Part shown: in pieces, positions 61,748-64,000 of the stretch
How positions within the stretch are numbered: position 1 is the stretch's first letter
How the letters are laid out: every line of letters starts with the position of its first letter
Assembly: GCA_004764695.1 (NCBI GenBank)
Contig: SMSO01000034.1
Span: 682,001 to 746,000 of the forward strand
DNA: 64,000 bases
Source of the DNA: Schizochytrium sp. TIO01
Taxonomy: Eukaryota; Protista; Bigyra: Labyrinthulomycetes
Direction of reading: 5' to 3'
Translations under genes and position numbers: made by a program
The notes under the pieces: model-generated
Databases searched by the model: none
The model's input: only the letters and a program-made list of their open reading frames with translations
Told to the model about the DNA's origin: nothing

Positions 61748-63271
61748 ATGGACCTGACCAATGACTTAAGTGGTCGTCTCAAGAGGTTGATCAAGGCGTA
61801 TCTCATTTGGTGGATAACTTCTCCTGGAACACTACGTTTTCTGCGCACTCTTGCCAGTCTCGTCGGCAAGGGCAATGAACTCATTACCTTTTATCATTGC
61901 ATGTCTGATCCCCATTCATTCGTTACCCTACAGGCTGTTGCTGTACTCTTACGGAAATACCATACTGCCGTCGTTGTGAGTATCGTTCCTGAGCAGGCTA
62001 ACATTGACTTAGTACCATATGCTACAACACGCGAGCAGCAGTTTGCAAGGCGGATTCATGATGCACAGATACTTATGAATGTCTACGCGGACCTTATGAC
62101 ATGCATTCCTAAATGGAACACCTATCCCAATGAAGCAACTATTTGTTTGGGTGAAAGGTGGGCAATCCAAAATCTAAACAATATTGTCCTAACTCCCGGT
62201 GCGGCTTCTCAAGAACTACTTGATAGGGCCATTCAAGTATCGTCCTTTGTACTCTCAAATGATAAAGCTTCTCTCGAGAAATTTTGCGAGATGGAGGGAG
62301 TCTCAGCAATTGTGGAGGAAGGTTTGGGTGACTACACCGTCTCTCGTAACTCCGATATATTTCGTTTCCATAGTGGCCATTTAGCTGGAATGCTGTACTA
62401 CAGTTTTGAATGGTTCTGGGGTATCGATCGATTACACCATCTTGAAGCGCTACTCCTATCAGAAGAGCGGCTTCGACGACGTTCTAGACGATCGCGATGT
62501 GATTCTCTAGTTGCAAGGGAGTCTCGGCGAGCCAGCGCCCCGGCTGCATTGGTTGGGCTTGACCTAAACTCGTCAATGACGACCTTTAGCAGGACTTGCA
62601 ATCTTCTCTATCGAGACAAACCTCGTGAAGTTGCACAATATTGTGCAGCGAAATCAAGCAAGCCAATAGACCTTCCGCCGATTGAGGTTTACTACTCATT
62701 TCGTTCGCCTTATTCACAGATCGTTATCCGCCCACTGCTTGAGATGGCAGACTTTTATGGAGTCAAAGTTCGTTTTAAGCCTGTACTGACAACAGGGATG
62801 TGTTATGCGAATGCCCCCCTACAGAAACAGCTGTACATTGCTCGAGATGCAAGGAGAGAGTCCTTACGCCTGGAGTGGCTATCATATGGATTTTTTAATT
62901 ATCCTAGTGTGGAGTCCGTTCACCATGCTTTTGCATTGTATATGGAAGCTCAAGCACAAGGTCGAGAACACGATTTTTTGATTGCTTGGTCAAAACATGT
63001 GTGGTCCAGGGCAGACGACCCTCACACGTATGAAGGTTTGAAAAATGTATGTCGCTCAACTGGCATCAGATGGGATCCGGCTATTCTGAAGAACAATCAG
63101 TGGAGAAGTCTTGCTGACCAAAACCTGCAAGGGTTACGAAATCACGGCTCATGGGGTGTCCCAATGCTCGTTTTTCTTGACACTGCTGTTTGGGGTCAAG
63201 ATAGACTTTTTTTGATTGAACAGCAAATTATTATCTCGCTCGCACAAAGGCAGAAGAACTCAAACTTGTGA
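61748..63271 (+). CDS. Tandem DsbA-like / 2-hydroxychromene-2-carboxylate isomerase (GST-kappa-like) protein
   Basis: N-domain FYHCMSDPHS...WFWGIDRL; C-domain YYSFRSPYS...WGVP...VWGQDRL. Confidence 0.8.
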   Translation: MDLTNDLSGRLKRLIKAYLIWWITSPGTLRFLRTLASLVGKGNELITFYHCMSDPHSFVTLQAVAVLLRKYHTAVVVSIVPEQANIDLVPYATTREQQFARRIHDAQILMNVYADLMTCIPKWNTYPNEATICLGERWAIQNLNNIVLTPGAASQELLDRAIQVSSFVLSNDKASLEKFCEMEGVSAIVEEGLGDYTVSRNSDIFRFHSGHLAGMLYYSFEWFWGIDRLHHLEALLLSEERLRRRSRRSRCDSLVARESRRASAPAALVGLDLNSSMTTFSRTCNLLYRDKPREVAQYCAAKSSKPIDLPPIEVYYSFRSPYSQIVIRPLLEMADFYGVKVRFKPVLTTGMCYANAPLQKQLYIARDARRESLRLEWLSYGFFNYPSVESVHHAFALYMEAQAQGREHDFLIAWSKHVWSRADDPHTYEGLKNVCRSTGIRWDPAILKNNQWRSLADQNLQGLRNHGSWGVPMLVFLDTAVWGQDRLFLIEQQIIISLAQRQKNSNL

Positions 63272-64000
63272 TAAACTTTGTGAAGTGAAGTTGATGTGTG
63301 AGGTGCCGTTTCTTTTCAAAATTCAAAAATAAAACAATTCATTTCTTAGCTCCTTTAGTGTGTCTATTATCAAACTCCGTGCCTGCAATATTACCCCGTC
63401 ATCCCATCCTTCTCTTTGCCCTTATCCTGCAATTGCATAGCGTAATCACCGAAAACATTTAATCCATAACCCCATCAGTAAACATCACTTTTTGTAATAG
63501 TAAATAGAATTGGAAACCCTTTTGAAACTCCACCAGTTATCATATAGTCTTGCAGCTCTCTTAAAACAGTTGTTTATTCTTGAAAGCACTTGAATAAAAA
63601 TGTCCAAAATCGCCATAGTTTTAACACAATGTTTAACGCTAATTGGAATTTTACAAGTAAATAATAGAACTTGATGGGTGGCACAAGATATTGAATGCAA
63701 GATATTCATATATTGTTTTGATGTCTCCAGCACTTCTAACAAGGTCTGATGTTAGTAACATAATCGTAGCTGAGAACTAACAGTACTCTGTACTAAGATG
63801 TGAAATGTGATTTTATATTATTATTGTGTTCTCTTCCCGCGGCCAGACGTAGTTGGATTTCCAGTGCAACTCGACTTCTGAACGTTTTTTGAAAGATAAA
63901 TATTATAGTGCCTTCTTCAACATTCTAAAACATCTAAACATGGCACCTTCCATATGAATATCGAACGTCCTACATAATAAAGATAGAACGAAGGCCTGGG

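Overview
Eukaryotic genomic window with intron-poor genes, short GT-AG introns and many microsatellites; the style suggests a protist, possibly a stramenopile or thraustochytrid (inference only). It contains an intact young Ty1/copia LTR retrotransposon (3139-9186) with identical 195-bp TA..TA LTRs, an ATACC target duplication and a half-tRNAiMet primer site. It also contains a piggyBac-like DNA transposon (20760-25211) with a CTAG target duplication and a YqaJ/lambda-exonuclease domain inserted inside its DDD transposase. Host genes: ORC2, ATG6/Beclin, an AP2 transcription factor, an M12 metalloprotease with a PA domain, an ankyrin-TPR-DnaJ protein, a tandem SpoVS-domain protein, a sirtuin, a CSTPP1/C11orf49-like gene, a tandem DsbA/GST-kappa-like gene and two poorly characterised ORFs. 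The most striking observation is a tRNA-Ile(UAU) gene (58877-59031) whose acceptor-stem 5' strand is split by an 81-nt insert with spliceosomal intron signals (GTAAGT...CTTAAC...CACAG). These match the mRNA introns in this window, so it is a candidate tRNA that depends on the spliceosome for maturation.
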